From assembly GCF_001194135.2 (NCBI RefSeq), contig NC_068982.1, forward strand, positions 183,161,725-183,225,724: DNA of 64,000 nt, read 5' to 3'. Origin of the DNA: Octopus bimaculoides (Eukaryota). A program made the translations under genes and the position numbers. Positions 1 to 11,334 of the stretch are shown here, piece by piece. Positions within the stretch are counted from its first letter, which is position 1. Every line of letters starts with the position of its first letter. The notes beneath the pieces are model-generated. The model saw only the letters and a list, made by a program, of their open reading frames with translations, was not told where the DNA came from and did not search any database.

Positions 1-1061
1 CTGCGACTACACATCATTTTCTTTCTTTCTCTCTATCCCACTATAACCTTCTTTGCTTCCCCTATCTGTCCTTCTTCCACTCCCTACTACTTGTTGTTCC
101 TTCTCCCTTCTCCTCACTCTTTTTGTTTCTTTCCCTCATCCTCTTTCTTGTCTCCCTCCCCCTCTGCCTCACACATGACTACAGGCCATTTCTCTTGCCC
201 CTGTCTTTTCTGGACAAGAAGCTCACCAGGTTGGATGTCATTTCCCTTGGCTCCCAACAATTTTCTTCTATTATTTTCTTCTTTTCTAATTATTCTTTTT
301 CTTCTCTTCTAATTATTCTGTTTCCTTGAAAAAATTTCTCCAAGGCATTACTCATTACAATTCATCTTAGCCCAACAGCCCTTAATGCTTGTCTTCATTG
401 ATTGTTTACTTTGAACGTCCACTCTGTCATTGTTTGTTCATTCGAAGCTCTAACACTCCATGAATTTTATATTTTAAAAATTTCTGGATGCTGCTGTCTT
501 ATGAAGTTTCTCTATACTGTCATTAAAAGCATGAAATAGAAGTAATAAACAGTCTGACAACTGATGAGGAGTTATCTTCTTTTGGTATTTTGTCCCCTAC
601 TTTGCTCTCATGTGTTTAAGTATTTTTCACTCACTGCTTATGTCCTGTACACAATGTGTGCTTTTTATTTTATTTATTTACAATCGAACACCATGCAGCC
701 ATGACCACAGTGAGTTCTTATATATATACATGTATATGTATATTTTTATATATATATATATATATTTACACACACACACATATATATATATATAGATAGA
801 TCAACAGAGAGAAAGAGATATACATATATGTAAATATATATGTATTTACACATATCTGGATGCAGGCATATATAAATATATATATATATGTATGTGTGTG
901 TGTGTGCATATATATATACCCACACACACACACAAACACACACATGTATATACCTATACAAATATACAATGTACTGAAACACACACATTTATGTGTGTGC
1001 ATGTTTCTTTGTAAAATATAAATGTATGTAAAATTAGTATGCATATGCTATAAATAGATAA

Positions 1062-1102
<41 letters not shown>

Positions 1103-1588
1103 TATATATAATTAATAGAATGAATAAAATCGCTGCTAGAAGAATTACTCTCAAATCAATTAGATCTCACTTCAATATCGTAACTGTAATATAAGCTCAA
1201 ATCATACAAGTGTCGGTACATCAAAAGAAAAAGGAGTAAAAAAGCATATTAAACATCCGTGGCTGGTTCATCAGCCTTCTGTTACTTTTTACTGCAACAA
1301 TTCTACAGCAATGTTCTAAACTTTTTTTTTTAGCGGGTTTTTTTTTTTTTTTTTTTTTTTTTCCTCTGTACCTATAGTTGTTGTTGTTGGTTTTCTGCCT
1401 CCCACTCTCGCCTATTGGTTTGTGCTGCTCCTTAAACCACACCCATTTATATCCCAATTTTTTTTTTCCCCAAAACAAACCAGCAAAAACAAAAAGGAAA
1501 AGAAAAACGAACTAAATATGGTAAATTGCAGGTGAGATAGATGTAAAGAAATAATGAAAATAGAGAGAGAAAAGAGCAGTGTACTTAC

Positions 1589-1692
1589 CACTTCTAGTGC
1601 ATGTTCTGTGGTTATTTTGCCTTCTTTTACCATTACCATTAACGCTATTCGGTCATCATCATTCATTGTGATTTCATAGGCATTTGGGTCAC
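1589..1692 (-). CDS. SASH1: Internal coding exon (104 nt, phase 1 to 0) of a SASH1-like SAM/SH3 scaffold gene; encodes (G)DPNAYEITMNDDDRIALMVMVKEGKITTEHALEV
   Basis: Acceptor tgttgcag|GT and donor GTG|gtaagt are seen on the minus strand, with an open frame between them. The peptide aligns by eye with the human SASH1 segment [27 protein letters not shown] (recalled). The SH3 and SAM exons are not in the window and would lie at coordinates below 1. Confidence 0.87.
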
Positions 1693-1734
1693 CTGCAACA
1701 TGTGGAAGTTAAAATTCAATTAAAGAATACAGGC

Positions 1735-1885
1735 ACAGGTATGGCCATGTTGTTAAGAAGATTGCTTTGTAATCATAAGATTTTGGGGTTCAGTCCCACA
1801 GCACAGCACCTTGGGCAAGTGTCTTCTACAATAGCTCCAGGGCAACAAATGCTTTGCAAGTGAATTTCATAGTTGGAAACTGCAG
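1735..1885 (+). mobile_element. SINE family A head fragment
   Basis: GGTTCAGTCCCAC...CACCTTGGGCAAGTGTCTTCTAC motif. Confidence 0.7.
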
Positions 1886-2509
1886 GGGCCCTACAAACAT
1901 ACATACATATATATATAGGAGAAGAAACTCCGTTTTTCCAACCGATCCACCTGCTAGTGTACAACCTTACAAAAGATTGTACCTACTCAACTAATAACCA
2001 GGAGTAACTCTGGATTTAATATATATGCATATATATATGCATCACACAATGATGATGGGATGAAAGAAATGGTTGATGGGAGAAGCAAACAACGCCCGCC
2101 GATTGTTGCATTCTTCAAAACATTGTTCTTTTTATTTGAAACAAAACAAAAAAGTTCAAAGAAAGTTACAAAAAAGGAGGAAGAAGGAACGAAAACAGTT
2201 CAAAGAAAACCAGTTCAAGAACACAGCAGACACAAATATTCCGGCCACTACGTACTCCAGACCAACTGGTACTCCCAACAGTAACAGGAACACAGCTTCC
2301 ACAAATTTCACCAATTATTGGTGAAAAAAAATTCCACTATTTTTGGAGGCGAGACACGCCCCCAAAACAACAATTCTCACAATTAAGTGAGACAGTGCAA
2401 CTACAGGCAGACAAATGCCTCGGAACTCAGTAGGAATTTTTTGTTTGCAAAAAAAATTGAACAACAAACAACAAACCCCCACTGAATCCCCCAAAAACAA
2501 ACGTCTTAC

Positions 2510-2562
2510 CTTATAGTTGCACCTTCAATGTTCTTCACTTCAAGACCACTGCGAAGGCACAT
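2510..2562 (-). other. Candidate alternative 5' exon with consensus donor (short ORF MCLRSGLEVKNIEGATI)
   Basis: Consensus donor TAAG|gtaaga at 2510 in unique sequence. The ORF exits in phase 2, so it is out of frame with exon 1692 unless a weaker internal GAAG|gtgcaa donor is used. Confidence 0.3.
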
Positions 2563-3699
2563 CTTGACAGCATTCAGTACAAAAACAACACTGACTCACA
2601 CATGCACAGTAAGCGAGCTACGTACTACACAGCCACACCTGCACCTATGTATGTATATAAAATCGTATATGTATGTGTAGTATACACACATACGCCACAA
2701 AGCCGTAACCATTGAAATATCTAATTTATATTTTATTATTTCATTTCCTCTTTCATTTATTTTGGGTGGAAGGGGGTACCCTTCTTTCTGTTTGCAATGG
2801 GAGAGAAAGAGAGGGAGAGAAAGAGAGAGAGAGAGAGGGGGGAGAGAGAGAGAGAGAGAGNNNNNNNNNNNNNNNNNNNNNNNNNNNNNNNNNNNNNNNN
2901 NNGGGGAGAGAGAGAGAGAGAGAGAGAGCAACAACAGCAACTACAACAACAATGAATAAGCATGTGAAACAAATAAGAACAAAATTGAAATATTCACAAC
3001 ATTCCTTGGATTGAAATATTATGAAAAGAGATTATGATGAAAGAGAGAGGGAAAGGGAGGGACGGGCAAGGAGAGAGGAGGAGGAGAAATATAGAGGTAT
3101 ATAACGGAAGGTAGAGAGAAACAGAGGAGGAGAGAGAGGAGTTAGAGAGAGATGAGGAGAAATATAGAGAATAAGACAAAAGACAGATTTAGAAGTTGAT
3201 TCAGCTGTGAATGTGGTGAGCTGACTAGCTGTGGTGGTGACGATGATGATGTTGGTGGTGATGGTGGTGGTGGTGGTGGTGGTAATGATGGCAGTGGTGG
3301 TGCTAGTGCTATAGTATGGTAGTGGTAAACGTGTTGGTGCCAGCGTAGTATGGCAGTGTAGGTAATATAGCGCTGGCAGAAGTATGATAGTGGTGGTTGT
3401 AATAGTATGGGTGCTAAATGTAATGTTGTAGTAGTAGTGATATTACAATGCAGAGGATAATATTATTGTGATGATGGCAGTATGGCAGTGGTATTTGTAG
3501 TTGTGGTGGTGGTGGTGGCGGCATTAATGATTATAGTGGTGGAGGCGGATGGTGGGGGGGGAGAAATAAATTATTTAATGAGAAGTAAGCAGTAATGAAA
3601 GGAAGATGGAGAACAAGTGTAACAACCACACACACACACACACACACACACACAACACTCTACTGTAAAATACAGCTTCTAACATTGATAGAACAGGCA

Positions 3700-4671
3700 G
3701 TATTGTAATCTTTTAAAAAACTTTTGTATCCGATATGGATTTTATGGAAGAGAGAGTAAAGAATATTGTAGAATCATCACTGGAATCTGATGTGGCTTTT
3801 GAAATCAAGCCTCTTTTTCTTCTTTTTTTTCTTTTTTTTCATCCGATGTGGATTTTATAAAAGAGAACGTAAGAAGAAACTGTAGAAAAGTCAGTGGATT
3901 CTGACTTTGTTGGTGTGCTTTTGAAATCAGAACTTTTTTTTAGGATCCAATGTGAATGACATTGGAGAGAAAGTAAGGAATAGCTGTAGAAAGAATACTG
4001 GAATTTAATGTGGTGGATGTGCTTTTGAAATCTCTTTTCCTTTTTTTTTTTTTTTTTGGATCCAGTGTAGATTTTATTGAAAAGAAAGGAATTGGAGAGA
4101 GAAAGAGAGTGAAGTGGAATCTGACATCATAGATGTACTTTAGAAATCCTTTTTTTTTTTTGATTCAATGTGTTTGAAGAGAGGGAGAGACAGAGAGAAA
4201 GAGAGAAAGAAAGAGAGAGAGAAAGAGAGAGAGACAGAGAGAAAGAGAGAGAGCAGTAGAGACTGACATGTTGGTATGCTTTTGAAATCCAGTTTGTTTG
4301 GATNNNNNNNNNNNNNNNNNNNNNNNNNNNNNNNNNNNNNNNNNNNNNNNNNNNNNNNNNNNNNNNNNNNNNNNNNNNNNNNNNNNNNNNNNNNNNNNNN
4401 NNNNNNNNNNNNNNNNNNNNNNNNNNNNNNNNNNNNNNNNTTTTTTTTTTTTTTTTTTTTTTTTGGTCCAATGTGAATCTTATTGATGGGAAAGTAAGAG
4501 ACACGTTAGTTATTCTTTTGAAATCTAGCAGGTATTACTAGAGAAAAACAACTAACGACTGAAGATATCAAAGTAGAATCTGGTAAAGCAAAGTATACTT
4601 TTGAAAATCAGTTGTTTTCTTTTAAGTGGTGGGGGGAAGAATTAAAGAAACGATAGGGAATGCAGTAGATT

Positions 4672-4703
<32 letters not shown>

Positions 4704-5800
4704 CAAACAGACAGACAGACAGACAGACTGAGTGAGTGCTGGAATCCAACATATAGGTGTGCTTTGGAAATCTAGCTTTTGTGGATCCAATATGGTCTTT
4801 ATTGAAGAGATGTAAGGAATACTCTTGAGGGAGTACTAGGATCTAACATGCTAGTTATTCTTTTGAAATCTGATGGATTTTATTGGAGAAAAAGTGCAGA
4901 ATATTGTAGATATCTAAGTGGAATCTGATATGGTAACTGAGCTTTCTAAAACAGTTTTTTTTTTTGTTTTTGTGTGTTTGTTGTGTCTTTTTTTTTCTTG
5001 GTGGTGGAAGATATCTAATGTAGATTTTATTGAAGAGACAGTTAGGAATATTATCAAGAGAACACAAGAATATGACATGTAGGTATGCTTTTGAAATCTA
5101 GCAGCTTTTTGGGATCCAATATGGATTTTATTGAAGGGAAATTAAGGCATACTTGAGTGAAAGCATTGGGATCAGACGTCGTAATTATTCTTTTGAAATC
5201 TAATGAATTTTAATGAAGAAAATGTGCAGAACACTGAAGATATCTAAGTGGAATCTGATATGGTAACCATGCTTTAAAATCAGTTGTTTTTTCCCCTTTT
5301 TCTTTTTTGTATTTTTGTTGGAGGGGTGGGGCACCCAATGTAGATTTTATTGAAGAGACAGCAGAAATAACACTGGAATCTGACATAGTAGCTATTATTA
5401 TGAAATTTAACTTTATTTTATTTTATTTTTGTATCCAATGTGGATTTTGCTGAAGAAGAGGTATGGAATTCTATAGATATCTAATTGGCTAACTGGGATT
5501 TGATATGGTAACTGTGCTTTTGAAAATCAGTTTTTATTTTTTGTTTTTTGTTTTTTAAGGGAAGCGTAGGGAAGAGATCCAATGTGTATTTTATTAAAGA
5601 GAAAGTAAAGAATACTGTAGAAAGATCACTGGAATTTGATATGGTAACTGTATTTTTCAAATTGAGTTTGTTTCTTTGTTTTCGTTTTGTTGGGTTTTTT
5701 TTGTTTGTTTGTTTCTTCTTCAGCTGTCATTTAAACAAGTCAAGTGGAAAAAGGCATCAAACATAAACATCTTTATATCTGCACGTGATTTTTATTGAGC
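3700..5800. repeat. Degenerate tandem array, about 16 units of 80-165 bp (GATCCAATGTGGATTTTATTGAAGAGA...GGAATCTGA...GCTTTTGAAATC + T-rich linker)
   Basis: Recurring GAAATC-type anchors near 3806, 3928, 4032, 4148, 4289, 4525, 4609, 4772, 4870, 4951, 5098, 5200, 5281, 5406, 5528 and 5660. Confidence 0.85.
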
Positions 5801-7319
5801 GATATCTTCTTCTTGTTACTATTGTTGTTGTCGTTGTTGTGGTTCATGGTGGCAGGAATGTGTATTTTAGCTGTTGTGATGGTGAGAGTGTGTGTTGTGG
5901 TCGTTATGGTGATGGTAATAGTATGTGTTGTTGTTGTTGTGGTGGTGGTAGTGGTGGTGTAGATGATGAGGATGTATTGTGGTGGTAGTGGTGGTGTAGA
6001 TGATGAGGATGTGTTGTGGTAGAGGTGGTGGTGGTGGTGGCATGTAACTTGTTGTTTTGTTGTTGTAGTTGTGCATAGCTGCCATTGTAGTTGTAACTGT
6101 TGTACATGTTGATGATATTGATGTAGTGGCGGTAGTAGTGGAGTAGTTTCTGTTGCTTTTCTGTATACTGTCGATGCTGCACTTGTTGCTGTTGGTGTTG
6201 TTGCTGTAGCTGCAGCTGTTGCTGCTGCTGTTGTAAATCACAACTGTGTACAACAACAACAACAACAACCAAAACAACAATAACAACAACTACAACAATA
6301 AACAACAACAACAACCAAAACAACAGCAACAACAGTTACGATGTCTTCAATGGATTGGCATCATTACACAAGAGAAGAATTTACAAAACAAGAAAATACA
6401 TACAAATACAAAACAAAAATGAAATACAAAAGTAATTAATAAAAAGGGAAACATTGGAAACACAGCTGCTACAACAACACTAGACAAGAAAATCCAACAT
6501 TCTAAATCAGAGTCAATAGACTCCAGTTTGGAAGAGAGAATTCTTGTGAAGAGATTCCTCAACTTCACAGAGCGAAGGATTCCATTGATTGTATTTTAGT
6601 GAGGTTTAGATGGGGAGATGTTTAGAAACAGTGACGCTAACACATATGAGGTACCGTTGATGCTGACTGCTTTACATTGAGAAAGGATTTAATGCTGCAG
6701 GGTGGGGGACATATTATGGGGTTTTAATGTTATTTGTTAGTTTGCACCCCTAACTGCCTCCTAAAAAGACAAAAAAAAAAAAAGAACCCTTTTTTGTTTT
6801 TATTTATTTTCCATTTTGTTTTGCGAAAATCAAGAAAAATAAACACTGAATAAAATAAGATAAAATAAAATAAAGTAAAACTAAATGTGAAATTCAAAAG
6901 TAAAATTTAAAAAATAAAAAAAAAGAGAGAGAGAGAGAAAAGGCCTTCCTAAATACATGAAGCATTTTATGGTGAGTGAGTGTGATTTGAAATCACAAAC
7001 CAAGATTGATAGCTTCACAAGAACTGAAAGACTCTATTTGTCACAGAGATCAACTCTTAATCTCTAATGGAAGTAGGATGGATTAAAAGATGCTATTTGC
7101 TGAATAATTTTTAAACTGACTGAAATTCCAAATTCTAGATTCCTTTTCTGTAGAAATCATTGCTTTGCCTTCTCCTCCCCCCTCTCTCCCTCTCTCTTTC
7201 TGAGTCAACCCTAAATGAAATTAGAATTTGTAATTTCTGATGAATTATTGCCTGGCATTTAGTGTGAGAGAATGAAGTATTCTACGTAACTTTATTCACT
7301 TAAACCCTTCACCTCTCAC

Positions 7320-7350
7320 CCTTATCTAGCTGCAATCGCTTCACACACAT
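7320..7350 (-). CDS. Candidate alternative start exon: MCVKRLQLDK + phase-1 G
   Basis: ATG at 7350 with an upstream in-frame TAG, donor AAGG|gtgaga at 7320, and possible acceptors (tttccacttcag, gtgtgtcag) just upstream. Joins exon 1692 in frame (G+GT). Confidence 0.3.
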
Positions 7351-7629
7351 TTTTGAATGTGACTAATATAACTCTGAAGTGGAAACACTGACACACAAAT
7401 ATAGTTCTCTGTTATAATTGCCATTGTGGATTAATGTTGCTTTTATTTTTCAATTTACCAATTAAAAATAATAAGGAAAAAACTGTTAACCTTTTGTAAA
7501 AATCTTTTAGGCTTTGAAAGAGTGAATGAAATTTATTAATTATAAATATCTGTTTTATCAAACACATGCTCACGCACACACACAAACACACACATGTGTT
7601 ATCATACATATATACATATATATATATAT

Positions 7630-8010
7630 GGAGGCGCAATGGCCCAGTGGTTAGGGCAGCGGACTCGCGGTCATAGGATTACGGTTTCGATTCCCAGACC
7701 GGACGTTGTGAGTGTTTATTGAGTGAGAACACCTAGAGCTCCACGAGGCTCCGGCAGGGGATGGTGGCGAACCCTGCTGTACTCTTCCACGACAACTTTC
7801 TCTCACTCTTTCTTCCTGTTTCTGTTGTGGCTGTAACTCAAAGGGTCAGAATTGTCACACTGTGTCACGCTGAATATCCCTGAGAACTATGTTAAGGGTA
7901 CACGTGTCTGTGGAGTGCTCAGCCACTTGCACGTTAATTTCACGAGCAGGCTGTTCTGTTGATCGGATCAACTGGAACCCTCGACGTCGTAAGAGACGGA
8001 GTGCCAACAA
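7630..8010 (+). mobile_element. Full-length-looking tRNA-derived SINE
   Basis: A box TGGCCCAGTGG (7640-7650), B-box-like GGTTTCGATTCC (about 7683-7694), CpG-rich body, (CAA) tail, inserted in (AT)n. Confidence 0.85.
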
Positions 8011-8051
8011 CATATATATATATATATATATCTACATACCTACATATATAT

Positions 8052-8295
8052 CTTTTACTTGTTCCAGTCATTACACTGGCTATGTTGAAGCCATTGCCTT
8101 GAGGAATTTTAGATGAAAGAATGAACCCCAGAACATTTTAGTTTTATTTGTTTGTTTGCTTTTTTGTTTCTTTTTAGCCTGGTACTTATCCTATCAGGCT
8201 CTTTTGTCAGGCGACGAAGTTAGAGGAACATAAACACACCAACACCAATTGTCAAGCAGTGATGGGGGAACAAACACAGACATAAAGACATACAC
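8052..8295 (-). mobile_element. 3' fragments of the abundant octopus-type SINE (family A: tRNA head, internal microsatellite, ...AATGACTGAAACAAGTAAAAG tail)
   Basis: Reverse complement of the tail seen at 8895-9110, 21470-21620 and 29070-29240. Confidence 0.75.
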
Positions 8296-8327
8296 ACAAT
8301 ATATGGGTGTGTGTGTGTGTGTGTGTG

Positions 8328-8362
<35 letters not shown>

Positions 8363-8391
8363 GTGTGTGTGTCGTGTGTGTATAGGTGCAT

Positions 8392-8577
8392 ATGTAGCTG
8401 TGCGGTAAGAAGCTTGCTTCCCAACCACATGATTCTGGGTTCAGACCCACTGTGTGAGACCTAGTGCAAGTGTCTTCTACTATAGCCTCGGGCCAACCAA
8501 ACCCTTGTGAGTGGATTTGGTAGATGGAAACTGAAAGAAGCCTGTCATATATATATATATATATATAAAATAAATAA

Positions 8578-8610
<33 letters not shown>

Positions 8611-9110
8611 CTCCAAGAGAATTAGGGGTTGAGGATCCAACCCACTAAGGGATAGTATATATCCAATAAACAGCTGTAAGATTTTGTCCCTTCTCCAATT
8701 GCTAGATGTCCTGTAAATTTGAAATCTTAATTGTTGATATGACATGGTATGTCATAAGTGTCTGTATATTGTCTTTTTTGTCATTTTGGTTATAAAATAA
8801 ACAGATTTATCAACGGGATACATTGTCTGCAAGTTGATGGGTACCTCATATTCCCCTCCATTTTCTTATTGCTATATATATATATATATATATTTATGTG
8901 TATGTGTGTGTCTTTGTGTCTGTGTTTGTTCCTCCACCATTGATGTTGGTGTGTTTACATCTCCATAACTTAGTGGTTCAGCAAAAGAGACCAGTAGGAT
9001 AAGTTACAAAGAATAAGTCCTGGAATCAATTGCTTCGACTAAAAACCCTTTAAGGTAGTGCTCCAGCATGGCCACAGTCAAAATGATTGAAACAATTAAA
9101 AGAATAAAGG
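8392..9110 (+). mobile_element. SINE family A copy: head 8392-8550, unrelated insert 8610-8870, tail 8895-9110
   Basis: Head GTAAGAAGCTTGCTTCCCAACCACATG...GGTTCAG...AAGTGTCTTCTACTATAGCC is shared with many other copies. Confidence 0.8.
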
Positions 9111-9479
9111 ATGGATATATATATATATACAAACAGACAGGCAGACAGATAGATAGATAGATACACACAAGGCAATTGATAATTTGCTATGTTTAAGAAG
9201 ACTCACTCAGCTATGTAAAATCAAGGCCACATAGATAAATCCTTTAAGTTCATACCCCATCTCCCATACAAAATCTTCCCCCATCCACATTGAATCTCTT
9301 CCCCAAAAACTTATCTTCTCAATACCCCCTCCTTCTACCTGTACCTATTCATTACACCCTCTCTCCATCTGCAACTCTCCTTTTGCACTCTCCCCACCTG
9401 AGGTAGCCATGTTTCCCCCTCCTTTAATGCAAAACTCCTTTGTCTGTCCGTCAATACTACTCCTCACCTCAACAGAAGG

Positions 9480-9725
9480 TTCTTGTCTTGCAAGTTAGTT
9501 TGGTAACCTCACTGCTGCTGGTGCCATATAAACAGTACCTCATACATTCTGTGAAGTGGTTGACAGTAGGAAGGGCATCCAACTTTAGAAACCATGCCAA
9601 AGCAGACAGAAGGGATTCGTGCAGTTTTCTGACTTGTCACTTTTAATGGAACCATCCAACCCATGCCAGTATGGAAAACAGGCATTAAATGATGATAATA
9701 ATAATGATGATGATGATGATGATGT
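9480..9725 (+). mobile_element. RTE-LINE-type 3' tail element
   Basis: AGGAAGGGCATCCA...CCAACCCATGCCAGYATGGAAA...(GAT)n ending, the same as the 3' end of the RTE at 27385-28630. Confidence 0.7.
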
Positions 9726-11293
9726 ATGTATGTATGTATAAATTTGTAGTATAAGGTATGGATTTGAGAAAATTGTGTGGCTATCACAGAAAGCTCCTCT
9801 TACAGACTCAGTTAACAATCTACATCGTAATTCAATAGAGAAGTGTAATGTAGAGTGTCCTTATAGCTAAAATCCAGAAGATCCAATTGAAGAAATTATT
9901 TCATGAGGTGTATATAAACCACAAAAGTCAGAAGGTAGGTGAGGTGAATATATTAACTTAATCAATTGTCATCCTTAAGATTACAGCTGTTTCACAGCTT
10001 TCTTCATGTAGTAGTAATCTCAGTGTGGAAGAAATTATGATTATATGTTTGTCTTAATATGCATGCTACACATTATACAATACGCTTGTATATTCACAAA
10101 TCAATTCAAATAAAGAAAGTTAGCTTTCTTTATTTACATTGATCTGTGAATATACAATTGTATAATATGATTTTCTGTATTATTTGATTCTCAGTCTGAA
10201 GAATTTCTGATATAAAATTTCTTAGATGTTTTTCTAACATGTGCAACTTTGTGATCCCTATAGCAAGTGTAACATATTTAATGGTGAATAAATGATACCA
10301 AAACTATTTTCTGACTTTCTGTTTTGTTACATAAAAACTCTGCAAACAATATTTCCAGAATTTTCGACTCTGATATGCAACTCACATCAATACAACTACA
10401 ACAGCAAACACATATTGGATTGTAATACTGGAATAAGCAGATGCACATCAAGAAGGCACAGCTTGGATTTTACCCTACCTATAATATATATATATATATA
10501 TATATACATACATACACACATACATATGTTAGTCACTCAAATTCCAGCATAGTTATATAACAAGAAAGTACTTAGTCTCATTTTATGGCACCTTCATCAA
10601 GTGCCTTCTATTATAGCCAATGAAAACTGTGTAAGTTAATTGGGAAATGGAAACTGAAAGAAACCTTCTCTGTGTATGTGTGTGTGCATATTTGCTTCCA
10701 TTTGTGCCTTGCAAAATGAGGCATGTTGTTGTTGTTATGTATCCTGTTCACAAATCATCTTTAACTTTGTATGTTCAAAGACATATAAAATATAAGATTC
10801 ACACACTTATTGCAGCAGTCCTTCAGTTTTCCTAAGCCCTCTAAAAGAACTTGGCCAAGAACTTTTCAGGACTTCCTCATATATTTGTTTAACCTGTGCC
10901 AGCATAGAAAGACAGACATAAAAACGTATGAACGAATACACACACACACACACAGACTGTAAACAGTGATAATAAAGAACTGTGTATGATATAACAAAAG
11001 GACACTAAAGTCAAAATGTTATATTTGGCAAATAAATAGAGGTGCCATAAGGAATGGGCCTGATAGTGAAAAAAGACTGAGGCATGAAGAAGATGCTGTT
11101 GAAATAATCGGCAGCTGATTCTCTCCAAGAACCAATATAACTTAAAGGGAAGACTGTGAGCTGATACTAATTGAAGTAAAATGGCCATCATAAATTGTTC
11201 TGTGATTCTATCAATTTTACAGAGTGAAGACAAGCATGGTACAATGAAGTGATCAATCAAAAGAAAGCAAAACCGTATACACATACATACTAC

Positions 11294-11334
<41 letters not shown>

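Noticed and set aside
1412-1666. 84-aa ORF MNDDDRIAL... as a stand-alone gene
   Set aside because: Only 1589-1692 is exon; the rest is read-through past the gtaagt donor.
3700-5800. CRISPR-like repeat/spacer appearance
   Set aside because: The repeats are degenerate, the linkers are low-complexity, the context is a eukaryotic intron and there are no cas genes.
6430-6600. Protein-looking stretch on both strands (KIQHSKSESIDSSLEERILVKRF / LRNLFTRILSSKLESIDSDLE)
   Set aside because: No ATG in the plus-strand frame, no convincing acceptor/donor pair and no recognisable family.
7630-7705. tRNA gene
   Set aside because: It is a tRNA-like SINE head with A/B boxes that continues into a SINE body, with no acceptor stem or terminator.
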